DNA of 64,000 nt from positions 32,001 through 96,000 of IMG/VR virus record IMGVR_UViG_3300023174_000052, one strand, 5' to 3'. This document shows positions 46,425 through 56,210 of the stretch, piece after piece (positions within the stretch are counted from its first letter, which is position 1; the number at the start of each line of letters is the position of its first letter). The position numbers were made by a program, and so were the translations under genes. Source of the DNA: a virus. The notes under the pieces were generated by a model. The model did no database searches. It was not told the origin of the DNA and saw nothing but the letters and a program-made list of their open reading frames with translations.

Positions 46425-47381
46425 CTACTTCGTAATCAGGTTAGCAGAGATCTGAAGAAACAGACCATCTACATTAAAAGTCTTGATGCCATTCGTCATT
46501 AATGATCTCATAAATCCAATCTTATTAGCTGCAGGCAGCGGAATTACAAGTGAATCTTCGATTTTTTTGACTTGCGTCCCGCTCAACGAAATTAAGTCCA
46601 GGTTCATGAGTCGCCAGTTCAGTCTTAATAACTGTTCTGACTCTGTGATTTCTTTATAAAACTTTAGCTTAGATTTCTCTGACATTTGTTTAGATTCTTC
46701 GATGACTTCGTCAATAGAAACCTCACCAGTCAAAAACTGCGGGAACTTTTTAGACAGCGTCTTCATTCCAACCCCCTTAACTCCTGGGATAGAATCTGAC
46801 TGATCGCCTTCGAAGCACCTGGCTAAGCAAAAGTTTTTAGGATGAATTCCATACTTTTCGATGATGGATTGTTCATCGATCATCTTTTTCTGGTTCGGAG
46901 ACCAGACCTTGACACGATCATTTATGAGTTGATAATAGTCGTGGTCTGATGAAACGATAACGATATTATTGTCTTTGTAACAGTACCGGGAGATGTACCC
47001 GATGACGTCGTCAGCTTCGCAATCAGAAACATACATTTGACGAACCGGCAATAACTTCAATAATGAAATTAAAAACTTAAGTTGCCAGTCCCTATTTTCG
47101 GGAGAATCGGGTAGCTCATCTTCATAAAATCGATTAAACCGTTGGGGTTTGCGACCACCCTTGTATCCAGGGAAAATGGCTCGACGTCTGGTCGAGCCAC
47201 CTCCCTCCCAGACTATTGTACAAGCTTCTGGTTGCAGCATCCTGATGAGCGAGCCTAACGTAGATAGGAATCCTATGGCCCCACCGACGTGTGTGCCCTC
47301 GGCCATTTTAGGCGATGCAGTGTATGATCTCAAAAATAGATTTGTGCCGTCTATCAGGATGTGTGGCCTTGACAATTTCAC
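46425..47381 (-). CDS. 5'-3' exonuclease (PolI N-terminal / T4 RNase H-like)
   Basis: LIDGTN, YKGGR, EADDVI, SSDHDYYQL and GDQSDSIPGVKGVG. Confidence 0.92.
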   Translation of the reverse strand: MKLSRPHILIDGTNLFLRSYTASPKMAEGTHVGGAIGFLSTLGSLIRMLQPEACTIVWEGGGSTRRRAIFPGYKGGRKPQRFNRFYEDELPDSPENRDWQLKFLISLLKLLPVRQMYVSDCEADDVIGYISRYCYKDNNIVIVSSDHDYYQLINDRVKVWSPNQKKMIDEQSIIEKYGIHPKNFCLARCFEGDQSDSIPGVKGVGMKTLSKKFPQFLTGEVSIDEVIEESKQMSEKSKLKFYKEITESEQLLRLNWRLMNLDLISLSGTQVKKIEDSLVIPLPAANKIGFMRSLMTNGIKTFNVDGLFLQISANLITK

Positions 47382-48586
47382 TCCGGAAGAATATTTTCGT
47401 CGAGGTGCATTGCAATAGAACGCATGTCTTCGTAAGAGTCAGGATCAATTTCGATATCTTCTGCCTTGACCGCCCTCTTTACCATCGCTCGTTCAACCAG
47501 GTCATCAAGCCAGGTCTTATATTCTTTGTTTTCAAGAAGCTCGCCGAAATCTGACTTATAGAACTTCTTTTCGATGATCTTCGTACCATCTGGTTTGACA
47601 ACTTCGAATAGCTTCCACTGTGTCGTACCAGAAATACAGACCTTGTGATCTCGAATGATTTCTTCACCGTGCTCTCGCAAGACGTCGAATAACTCTTCAT
47701 GTTCTACGATACCCTTTCCGAAATGAATCTGGAAATTACAGGTTCGGAATGGCGGACCGACTTTATTCTTGACTGTTTTTGCAGAAACATTGATACCAAT
47801 GATTTCTTTCTTGTCATTTTCAATCTGAGAACCGGCACCAAGCTTGATTCTTACTGAAGCGTGGAATGGAATAGCATTACCACCAGGAGTCACTGATGGA
47901 TCTCCGTAAAGTACGCCGATCTTGCTTCGAATCTGATTCAAGCATACAAACAAAACATTTTGATCGCCGATGACACCAGTAATCTTACGCATACCCTTCG
48001 AGAGTACTCGAGCCTGAAGACCGATGGTATCTTTATCGTAGTCGCCTTCTAATTCTGCCTTAGGCGACGACGCTGCGACTGAATCCCAGATGATAGTGAT
48101 CGGTGCATCCTTTTGCATCGCCTTCGCTTTAAGAATAGTCTTTTCGGCGATATCGAATACTTCTTCAGTACAATGTGTATCAACATATACGAAGCGCTTC
48201 GCTACATCGACCCCAAGAGCAGCCAAGTTCTCGGGATTTGTGGCGTTCTCAGTATCGATATACACGACAATACCACCCATTCGTTGAGTCGAACGAGCGA
48301 TGTGCGTCGCGATATGTGACTTACCGATTGAAGGTGGACCGAACATTTCAATGATTCGACCTTCGGGTAATCCACCATTTCGCTTATTAGAAATGATATA
48401 ATCTAATTGTCGAGAACCTGTTGAGACCCAACGTTTAACGTGAGTCGGAGATTGGTCAGAAGCAAGATTATATGCTACGCGATGACCCTGATCTTTGTTC
48501 AAGGACGCGATTAGATCGGCGGTAAAATCTTCAGTTGATGAAGTTTCACCTGTTAATTCAATAGACTTCTTTCTACCTGGTGGCAA
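47378..48586 (-). CDS. recA: RecA/UvsX recombinase
   Basis: GGLPEGRIIEMFGPPSIGKS, WDSVAA, NQIRSKIG, GGNAIPFHAS and KNKVGPPF. Confidence 0.95.
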   Translation of the reverse strand: MPPGRKKSIELTGETSSTEDFTADLIASLNKDQGHRVAYNLASDQSPTHVKRWVSTGSRQLDYIISNKRNGGLPEGRIIEMFGPPSIGKSHIATHIARSTQRMGGIVVYIDTENATNPENLAALGVDVAKRFVYVDTHCTEEVFDIAEKTILKAKAMQKDAPITIIWDSVAASSPKAELEGDYDKDTIGLQARVLSKGMRKITGVIGDQNVLFVCLNQIRSKIGVLYGDPSVTPGGNAIPFHASVRIKLGAGSQIENDKKEIIGINVSAKTVKNKVGPPFRTCNFQIHFGKGIVEHEELFDVLREHGEEIIRDHKVCISGTTQWKLFEVVKPDGTKIIEKKFYKSDFGELLENKEYKTWLDDLVERAMVKRAVKAEDIEIDPDSYEDMRSIAMHLDENILPE

Positions 48587-48637
48587 ATTTCCTCCATAAC
48601 AGAACAGTAATGAGATTTAGCAATATTTTCAAGACAT

Positions 48638-48669
48638 AAAAAAGGCAGCTCACCTTTCGATGCGCTGCC
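48638..48669 (-). terminator. Rho-independent terminator after the SSB gene
   Basis: GGCAGC-GCATC-GAAA-GGTGA-GCTGCC followed by T6. Confidence 0.8.
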
Positions 48670-48684
48670 AGAAATATCAATCTA

Positions 48685-49515
48685 TTACGATTCTAAATCT
48701 GCGAATGCGTCATCAAGATCTGCGAACGCGTTCTTCGAAGGGCTTGGCTTCGAGACACTTTGCGGCGTAGACTTCGAAGTCGTTGAGAATTCTTCTTCGA
48801 GAGAGGTCAACTTCGATGGAGCGCCACGAACAGTACCGACATCATCATTAGAAGAACCGCCGGTTAACCAGTCATTGACACGCTTCTCGATCTCTTCTGT
48901 AGGAGTTAGAGATTCGTAGTCATCAATGTTCGGCACCGTAGTTAACCACTGCTTCGACTGCGACGAGTCCTTCGACAGTGGAGTCTGTGTGGCTCGAGGC
49001 GTAAACTTCGTATCAGCAAACTGCTTACCAGGCTGCTTTGAAGTAGAAACCTTGAGGTCGCGACCGGTCTCAGGATCAGTGATATCACCGTAATCTTCAT
49101 CGAGCATCAAGCGGAGAAGATCCTGATAGATCATCTTACCGAAAGACCATAGACGAACGCCCTTCTCTTCTTCACCTCGAACAATGACAGCAGCGTAAGT
49201 GCGCATCTTCGGGTAAAGCTTCTTGGCCAGTTCCTTGCTTCCGTCTGACCCATCTTCGCGAAGCTTATTGATCAAATCCTGAATTGGATCCTTCTTCTGG
49301 AATTGATATGGAGCAAGAATTGCGGGAGCCTTATCGCCACCGATCCCGTAGTAATACCAACGATCGACGAAAGGTTGACCGTCGTTATTGGGCATAGGGA
49401 CAATTCGAATGTTATAATCCTTGCCTTCTTCCGGACGCCACATAATGGTCGACTTCTTGTTCTGTCCAGAAAGAGTGTTCAGCTTCTTACGAATCGCGTC
49501 AAAATCAATAGCCAT
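48685..49515 (-). CDS. Single-stranded DNA-binding protein (T4 gp32-like)
   Basis: W.P..G...IRI.P, DPI, YGDITDPETGRDL and an acidic C-terminal tail DLDDAFADLES; in the replication cluster. Confidence 0.82.
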   Translation of the reverse strand: MAIDFDAIRKKLNTLSGQNKKSTIMWRPEEGKDYNIRIVPMPNNDGQPFVDRWYYYGIGGDKAPAILAPYQFQKKDPIQDLINKLREDGSDGSKELAKKLYPKMRTYAAVIVRGEEEKGVRLWSFGKMIYQDLLRLMLDEDYGDITDPETGRDLKVSTSKQPGKQFADTKFTPRATQTPLSKDSSQSKQWLTTVPNIDDYESLTPTEEIEKRVNDWLTGGSSNDDVGTVRGAPSKLTSLEEEFSTTSKSTPQSVSKPSPSKNAFADLDDAFADLES

Positions 49516-49626
49516 GTTATTTTTTCCTTTTTTGTTTGTTGAATTAAGCTATGAACGACCTCTCGCCCGTTCACCGCTTCCCCGTGCTCTTCGCACATGA
49601 GACTATAGTAAGTGTTTGTTATTTTT

Positions 49627-50034
49627 TTAAGCTTCGTGAGGATATTTTATTTCGCCTTGCAGATATCTCATCGCGTTCTTAGAACCCCTGGACCTGGACG
49701 AACCAAAGGGATTTTCAGCAATAGCGAATGCTCGAGCTAAGCAAGCGACAGAATCGTAATACAACCAATGTTCTTCACGGTCGTAAGAATCTTCATTATT
49801 ATAGTATCTAAAATGATTTTGAAAAGTAAAGTCTTCATCGCCGACGACTTGACCAGACAAAGACTTCGACTCTTTCATTTTCGACTTACGCCTATCACGT
49901 TTAGAACGTTTTCGAATTGGCGCGCCTATTGGTCCAATAAACCCACCAGCGCCTGCTACGCCGCTAAATTCTTCAAGTGTTTCTTCTTCAATCATTTCGC
50001 GTATCAAAGAGCGAAGTCTATCGAGGTGTTCCAT
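49627..50034 (-). CDS. Hypothetical, probably late/virion (head-core-like) protein
   Basis: LRSLIREMIEEE start, common in large-phage head proteins; ATAATTA upstream. Confidence 0.5.
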   Translation of the reverse strand: MEHLDRLRSLIREMIEEETLEEFSGVAGAGGFIGPIGAPIRKRSKRDRRKSKMKESKSLSGQVVGDEDFTFQNHFRYYNNEDSYDREEHWLYYDSVACLARAFAIAENPFGSSRSRGSKNAMRYLQGEIKYPHEA

Positions 50035-50043
50035 ATCCTCTAA

Positions 50044-50616
50044 TTATTCAGCTCGACCGAGAACCCATTGCCTTGCGTGTAATAATAGTAAGCCAAGCGA
50101 TGGTTCCGCACCGGCGTAAAACTTCGCTTCATCACGATGCACCCCGCCAGATATTGCGATGGCTGTCCATTCATCAAGAGACATAGAAATTCCTGATGTC
50201 TGTAATAAATAAAGACTGCGATGAGAGACAGGCATTTTAGGCAGCGACTCGTTGTGTCGATACATGATTCCACGCTTGATGTGCCAATCTGAATCTTGCG
50301 GGACCAATAGGTCTCGTGTCTCATCTCCCATTAATCCCACGGCGTGAAACAGTCCTGTAAATACAACACGTTCCATTGGAATTTGTAATTCAAAAATCTT
50401 ATGCATCGAGCGCATTTTAGATGTTACATTTAAAGCAAGATCTAAAAATCCACCGGGATATGCGCCAAAGTAAACTTGTTCAGTCGAAGCGGGACACTCT
50501 ATCAATCTTGTCCCGTAGGCTTCTATGAAATCAAGAGCTCCATGATGCGATGCATCAAGTGTTTCGACAAGCTTTTTAAATTTATTCCACTTATTTTCTA
50601 ATTCTTCGATGTTCAT
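50044..50616 (-). CDS. HD-domain (YhaM-like) protein with degenerate metal ligands
   Basis: PAS....GAYPGG....LNV, FHAVG, HRSL and EW.AI scaffold. Confidence 0.65.
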   Translation of the reverse strand: MNIEELENKWNKFKKLVETLDASHHGALDFIEAYGTRLIECPASTEQVYFGAYPGGFLDLALNVTSKMRSMHKIFELQIPMERVVFTGLFHAVGLMGDETRDLLVPQDSDWHIKRGIMYRHNESLPKMPVSHRSLYLLQTSGISMSLDEWTAIAISGGVHRDEAKFYAGAEPSLGLLLLHARQWVLGRAE

Positions 50617-50647
50617 AAATGAATATTATAACTGTAAAAGACTTTTT

Positions 50648-51208
50648 TTATGATGCAACAGTAATAATAACAGTCTTTTGTCTAATCTCTACTTTATCTC
50701 CCTTACTTTCGTCCCACGTTATCTTTTGATGACTGTTGGAAGTCGCCATCGCGTACAATATAGAACTCACTATTGATCCACAAGTTCTAGGACTAACTGC
50801 GACTACTGCGTTTTTTCCATTATCGCAAGCGTATTCTATTATTCTTAATAGAATCGTTTTATCTGTGACTCTTGCCGAGTCAAAAAGATATTGAAAATAC
50901 ATGTCACCATCTATTTTCGAAGTAATGATTTTATTAAAAATTGCAGCGATTGTGCTTTGTTTATCACCACCCGGTCTTTCATCTAAAACATTCAACACCT
51001 GTAACAACGAATCAGGATCGCTTTTCGCTAGACCGCTAACATCTTTCGCGAGTTTAGATAATTTACCGGATCCTGCTCGACGGGTGACAGTTCGTCTTTC
51101 ATCGCCAGAATCATCTTTTTCAGATATATCAAGTAATTCCTGAAGGGTTCTTCTTGACACGACCAAAGGCAAGTCGCTATAGATTTCATTATTTTTAAAA
51201 TTGCGCAT
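50648..51208 (-). CDS. Hypothetical protein
   Basis: 186 aa ORF with ATAATTA immediately upstream. Confidence 0.65.
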   Translation of the reverse strand: MRNFKNNEIYSDLPLVVSRRTLQELLDISEKDDSGDERRTVTRRAGSGKLSKLAKDVSGLAKSDPDSLLQVLNVLDERPGGDKQSTIAAIFNKIITSKIDGDMYFQYLFDSARVTDKTILLRIIEYACDNGKNAVVAVSPRTCGSIVSSILYAMATSNSHQKITWDESKGDKVEIRQKTVIITVAS

Positions 51209-51212
51209 ATGA

Positions 51213-52346
51213 TTAATTATGTTCGTTGAACAAGCTTAATCCAAGATAAAATCTACCCATTGGTTCAATGTCGACGTATAGATCATCTTTCGAAAGTTCT
51301 TCGTAAGTTTCTCGTGAACATTCGAATACCAAACTATCGTGAATCATAAAATAAGGCGTGATATTTTTGGATTCAACAAAGTTTGAAAATCCCAACAACG
51401 CGACATCTACTGCGGTAGATTGCACGAAATGTGATAATCTCAAACGATCATCTTCAGGAAATAACGGTCGGCCGTAAAGATTGAACAGCGCATCATTGTT
51501 AAGATATTTTTCTGTCACTTTATCAATAGAAAAAAATCTTGAAACTTTCTTAGAAATTGCAGGATCAGTTTTGCTGCTTCCGTAAAGCGAAGAGATCGTC
51601 GCTATTTTTAATTTAGCTCGTGAAATATCACCACCAATCTCTTCTCCCATTTTTGTGTAAATGTCTCTTGGAGCTTCACCACGTGCCAATAAATAAATGA
51701 CTCTCGGTTCAAGAGAAACAAAATCGACTTGCGCCAAAACATTTCTATGTTTTTTTGGAACAAAGAAACGCCTATCCTCTTTTGACAAAAGCAAAACCTT
51801 TGGTCCTTTCATTACCGTCATTCTTCCTGTTTGTGAAGAATGAGAATAACGAACGACTTCGCACGTTCCGTCTTGTCCAGGTAAAAGAGAGTTTAAATTA
51901 GAAGATTCTCTTGCTTTAAGTTCATTTAATAACGAAGGTTTATCGATGTGTATTCTTTCGAATGAACCAAGTACTTTTCGACCTTTGATTAAGGTTTTAA
52001 AATATTTTTTTGTATCTTTTTCTTGAATTTCTTTTGAAATCTCTCGTAATTTCGAGTTAATGATAGAGACAAAGCGATTTTTTCCGAGTGCTCTCATCCA
52101 ATTGATATCATCTCCATAAATTTGAGCATATGAATTTATCAAGGATTCGTGCACGAATGCGTCGACTTTCATACCGAGAGAACCTGAAATGTCCAGTAGT
52201 TCGCCTTGCTTGAAGGCTTTAGATCCATATACGATGTCTTCTTCGTTAGGGTCGTGACACGTCCTAATTCTACCGTCTTCGTAGAGAGCAAAATCGCTAG
52301 AGAACCCGGTCATATCTCGACTAATAATTACTTTTCTATCAAGCAT
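51213..52346 (-). CDS. Compact family A DNA polymerase domain protein
   Basis: TGRM, motif A VDFVSLEPR, motif B RAKLK...S.LYG, YGR, VQSTAVD and motif C IHDSL. Confidence 0.78.
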   Translation of the reverse strand: MLDRKVIISRDMTGFSSDFALYEDGRIRTCHDPNEEDIVYGSKAFKQGELLDISGSLGMKVDAFVHESLINSYAQIYGDDINWMRALGKNRFVSIINSKLREISKEIQEKDTKKYFKTLIKGRKVLGSFERIHIDKPSLLNELKARESSNLNSLLPGQDGTCEVVRYSHSSQTGRMTVMKGPKVLLLSKEDRRFFVPKKHRNVLAQVDFVSLEPRVIYLLARGEAPRDIYTKMGEEIGGDISRAKLKIATISSLYGSSKTDPAISKKVSRFFSIDKVTEKYLNNDALFNLYGRPLFPEDDRLRLSHFVQSTAVDVALLGFSNFVESKNITPYFMIHDSLVFECSRETYEELSKDDLYVDIEPMGRFYLGLSLFNEHN

Positions 52347-52416
52347 ATCGTAATGATATTCATTAAATAAATAATTTTTAAATCTTAAAAATAATAATTT
52401 TAGATATTGTTTTAGA

Positions 52417-55400
52417 TTAATCTATGCCTTGTAAAATTTGCGCCGCACGTCGAGCGAAATCATCTAGGTTGATTACTATAGTACCGTTAGCATGTCCCGG
52501 TTCTCCAATATTCTTGAGAGCTTGTATAACATTATAACCACTAGCTAATTTTGAAGATGGATTAAGAACTGCTACTTGTTTTTTACCAGACATGTCTATA
52601 TGCGCGTCGAATGTTATTACGCAATATTTCGGATCCAGAGATTCAGAATATCGTAACGCATTTGATTTAGCATTTTCTCCGATATAGTATCCAGTACCTG
52701 AACAATCTTCTTCGTTAATTATTATAGCGAATTCAAATTTTTGGGTTGAATCTTTCTTTTTGTTCCTAATCATATACATCGCGATTTCATCGATTGCTGT
52801 CGTGAAACCAGTAACTTTAAAGAATAATTTTTCATCCCGCATTTCTTGATCATCGAGTAGTGAAGAATTAGATCTTGAATAATCACTCGTTATATTTTGA
52901 CCTTGTTCGATAGCTGCGTTTTTGAACAGGGTCGAAGCCGTTCGAATTTTTTTCTCAGGCGAAGAGTATTTCGCAAAAGAATCGGTGAATGTTAATTTAA
53001 CCGATGTTGTAAATGACCCTTGATCAAGTTTGTGATCTATACCTGTTACGCTATACGTATTATCTGCCGTTGTTCCTGTTCCAAAGTCGATAAAAAATTG
53101 TTGTCCGTATGATAACAATGGACAACCCATCATCTCTATTGAACACTCAGTAGGAGCAACTTGCATAGGGAGCCCTCTTTGAGATGTAATGTCCGGAACT
53201 GTCGAATCCGTTTTATCCATGCGAAGCATGTTTACCGTAGTTAAAGCAGGATCTGACATCGAACTAAGACCGATGTTATTTATCGTTCCACCTTCTCTAC
53301 CATATTTTATTGTAGGTATACCTTGTGAAATAAATTTTTTAGTTTTATTAATAGATTTATTTTTTAGTAAATTACCCGTGTCTATCGTTACCTCTGATTC
53401 TACTCCCATGCCTTGAGCATTAACTCTTCTTTCTAGATTCGCTATTACTCCCTTGTCTATAAGTCGTTGTAGAATATCTTTCCTACTTGTTTCTATTTCT
53501 GATGCGTTTAATTCTGGCGCTAGCGTCAAAATTGGATGTCTAGGGTCATTTGTGAAACCGAAAGAACTAATGTCGATACTATTCGCCGAGCGTAATAAAT
53601 CAGCAAGCGTACTAAAATTCGAACAAGTTTCATCTATAACGTGCATCCTCAAGATACTTCTTTCAGGATTGTCCTTGTCCTTTACGCACTCTGGCATTAC
53701 GGTTAGTTTTGGTATTTTAAATACTCCGTCTTTTATTCCAGCAGCTTCGATGACAGCGTCTTGTTTCGCGTATTGTTTTGATTGAAAATCTTCTTTTGTT
53801 TCTTTTGAAGCATCTTCGGCGGGTTCTTTTCTTTTATATTCTCCTGTTTCTTTATCGACATCATAAAGAAAGTTAAAGCCGTAAGCATGTGAAGCATTGT
53901 TACCGACGAATCTACTATTAAGCATTCCTATGAATTGCATTATGTTGACTTTTACGTTTTTTGACATAATATCGACTAATTCTTTTTTTAATGCTTCGTA
54001 TGGTATCGGAAACTTAGCTATCGATAAATCTCTCATAAAAGTACATTTATCATTAAACGTATGAAACAAGAAGTGCACTTCGTCATAGTTTCCCGAATTT
54101 ATCAGAGGTTTTCCTACGAAAGATAAAAGCACTCTACCCAACGATATAGGGTTATTTAAAACTTGACTTTTGATTTCTTTTGATACATTAGTACCATCGA
54201 ACAAGCTAATCGGTGCAGAAGGATCCTTAAGTTGAATGTCTGCGCATGGGAATATTTCTACTCCGATAGACAAGGATTTTAATTCGGCGTCGATAGCTTC
54301 GGCTGCAGATTGTTTGTATTTTTCTTTTGCGCTATCTGTCGAACCAAATAAATTGTCAAGTTTATCGGCCAATTGTTTGTCGTTTGGATTCGACGCATTC
54401 TTTTTTATAGATGAGATCTTCTTTTTTAACTCTTCAAGTTTTTCGCCGTCGATCGCAAGAGCAGCAGAAGCAGTGCCCACGGCAGACATCACAACATCTC
54501 CGAAAATTTTCTCGAATCTTTCGCCGTCAATTGTTTTTGCGCTCTTTATTAATTCTCCGATTTCTTCTAAAATAGTCTGCAATTCCTGAGCGGCATCTGA
54601 TGATCCACATCTCGAAATATCTAAAGATATAATATCATTTGCTCCTTTCATTGCAAGAGTTAATGAAACTCCTACTTGTCCAGCTTCTTCGAAATTAAAA
54701 GAAGAGTTAACAACTGTATATTTTTCTCTAACTTTCATCGAATTTAAAAAAGATCCGATAGGATTTTTAAATGAGGCAATACCCGAATTATTTTGATAAC
54801 TCGCTGACGATTTATCAGACGCAGGATTTGACCAACCATACTCTATATCGATATCGGCTTTCGTGTAAAGACCAGGTTTAACGAAATAAGCTATTTCTCC
54901 TAAACGCGAACGATCGTGTAATACAAGTTCTAATTTTGCTGTTTTATAACTCATAAATCCTTTTGTCGACGCGACATTAAAGGATACATTTTTAAGAGTC
55001 ATAAGAGGCCTGAACCTATCTAACACTGCTGGGATATTATTCGTCTTACCTGTTTGACCTCTTCCCTCTTCTCTAAACACGGCGCTATTTCTTTCTGGTA
55101 CTAAGGTCTGCGGGCTGGTGAATAATTCCATTCCAGCTGTTACGGGTCGATTATTTTTATCAAACGATAGTATTGTGTCGTATCCTGCTTTAGACACTGC
55201 TTCGCCGCGGCCAATTAAAAAAGACATTAAAGAAAGCCCGTCGTATGTAGGAGCATCAGTCTCTGCTGATCCTGTCGATTTTATTTTAATGTTAACGTAA
55301 GGAACACATCTCGACATTTCAAGTGTAGTTACTAGCGATGTGAATATACCGACTGATGGTGTATCTCGACTGCCCAATCCGAATCTCGGATTCATAAATT

Positions 55401-55926
55401 CGATAGCGTAAAGTCCGCTAGTGCTTTCGTCAGTATTCGATTGCTTATTCAAAAAAACGATACCCCCAGCAGCTAGGCTGAGTTCCGTTTCAATGTTTGT
55501 AGAATAATCTATGTTATAATTTGATAATTCATTAACGTAACATAAACTTTTATGAAAAGGAACTGTAGAAGTACTTCTTTTGTGAGGTTTGGTTTGATCA
55601 CCCGGCAAAGTTATTCTTATAAATTTTCTGATGCTATCTTCTATAATCGCTTGTTTTTCGATGTCAAATTCCCCAGGGTCCGACGGTTCAATAAGGTTAT
55701 CTAATTTATTAATGAAATTTTGTATGCTTATGCCGCCTTCTACGATTTCGTATAAATCGGACGAGACGTCTTTAATTACACTATTAACAGGCGCGCGGTC
55801 GCCCGCAGATGACAAAGGATCGATTCCTTTTTCTAGTAGTTCGGCTGTTAAAGCGTGACGATCACTAGCTTCAATATACGGAGCTAATAATTTTGCAGCG
55901 TCTGTAAGTTCTCTTGAAATTGACAT
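52417..55926 (-). CDS. Baseplate hub / tail protein
   Basis: IEYGWS and a C-terminal MMGCPLL..GQ.F.....Y.VTGIDHK...G.F.T...L hub motif; located after the gp53-like gene. Confidence 0.65.
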   Translation of the reverse strand: MSISRELTDAAKLLAPYIEASDRHALTAELLEKGIDPLSSAGDRAPVNSVIKDVSSDLYEIVEGGISIQNFINKLDNLIEPSDPGEFDIEKQAIIEDSIRKFIRITLPGDQTKPHKRSTSTVPFHKSLCYVNELSNYNIDYSTNIETELSLAAGGIVFLNKQSNTDESTSGLYAIEFMNPRFGLGSRDTPSVGIFTSLVTTLEMSRCVPYVNIKIKSTGSAETDAPTYDGLSLMSFLIGRGEAVSKAGYDTILSFDKNNRPVTAGMELFTSPQTLVPERNSAVFREEGRGQTGKTNNIPAVLDRFRPLMTLKNVSFNVASTKGFMSYKTAKLELVLHDRSRLGEIAYFVKPGLYTKADIDIEYGWSNPASDKSSASYQNNSGIASFKNPIGSFLNSMKVREKYTVVNSSFNFEEAGQVGVSLTLAMKGANDIISLDISRCGSSDAAQELQTILEEIGELIKSAKTIDGERFEKIFGDVVMSAVGTASAALAIDGEKLEELKKKISSIKKNASNPNDKQLADKLDNLFGSTDSAKEKYKQSAAEAIDAELKSLSIGVEIFPCADIQLKDPSAPISLFDGTNVSKEIKSQVLNNPISLGRVLLSFVGKPLINSGNYDEVHFLFHTFNDKCTFMRDLSIAKFPIPYEALKKELVDIMSKNVKVNIMQFIGMLNSRFVGNNASHAYGFNFLYDVDKETGEYKRKEPAEDASKETKEDFQSKQYAKQDAVIEAAGIKDGVFKIPKLTVMPECVKDKDNPERSILRMHVIDETCSNFSTLADLLRSANSIDISSFGFTNDPRHPILTLAPELNASEIETSRKDILQRLIDKGVIANLERRVNAQGMGVESEVTIDTGNLLKNKSINKTKKFISQGIPTIKYGREGGTINNIGLSSMSDPALTTVNMLRMDKTDSTVPDITSQRGLPMQVAPTECSIEMMGCPLLSYGQQFFIDFGTGTTADNTYSVTGIDHKLDQGSFTTSVKLTFTDSFAKYSSPEKKIRTASTLFKNAAIEQGQNITSDYSRSNSSLLDDQEMRDEKLFFKVTGFTTAIDEIAMYMIRNKKKDSTQKFEFAIIINEEDCSGTGYYIGENAKSNALRYSESLDPKYCVITFDAHIDMSGKKQVAVLNPSSKLASGYNVIQALKNIGEPGHANGTIVINLDDFARRAAQILQGID

Positions 55927-56210
55927 TAAATAAACTTCCCTACATCGTCTAGTTTAGGGATTTTAATCAAAATACCTGGTGGTATTTGCATGCCCCATCC
56001 GATATTCGAAGCGGCTGCAATGATCCACCACAAGGAAGAATCTCCGTATTCTATTCCCGCTAAAACGTCTAGACGTTGTGTCTCTGTCATAATTTGTTCG
56101 CTACATTTTATAGCACCTGATGATATCGCTTTTCTAATATTATAAACTGTTTCACTCGTGCCGTATCTTGTTCCACCTGACATGAGTGGCGAGCTAGCGT
56201 ATCGTCTCAT
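55926..56210 (-). CDS. LysM-like baseplate wedge protein (gp53/TailX-like)
   Basis: RLDVLAG..YGDSSLWWIIA.A........PG..I.IP. Confidence 0.82.
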   Translation of the reverse strand: MRRYASSPLMSGGTRYGTSETVYNIRKAISSGAIKCSEQIMTETQRLDVLAGIEYGDSSLWWIIAAASNIGWGMQIPPGILIKIPKLDDVGKFI

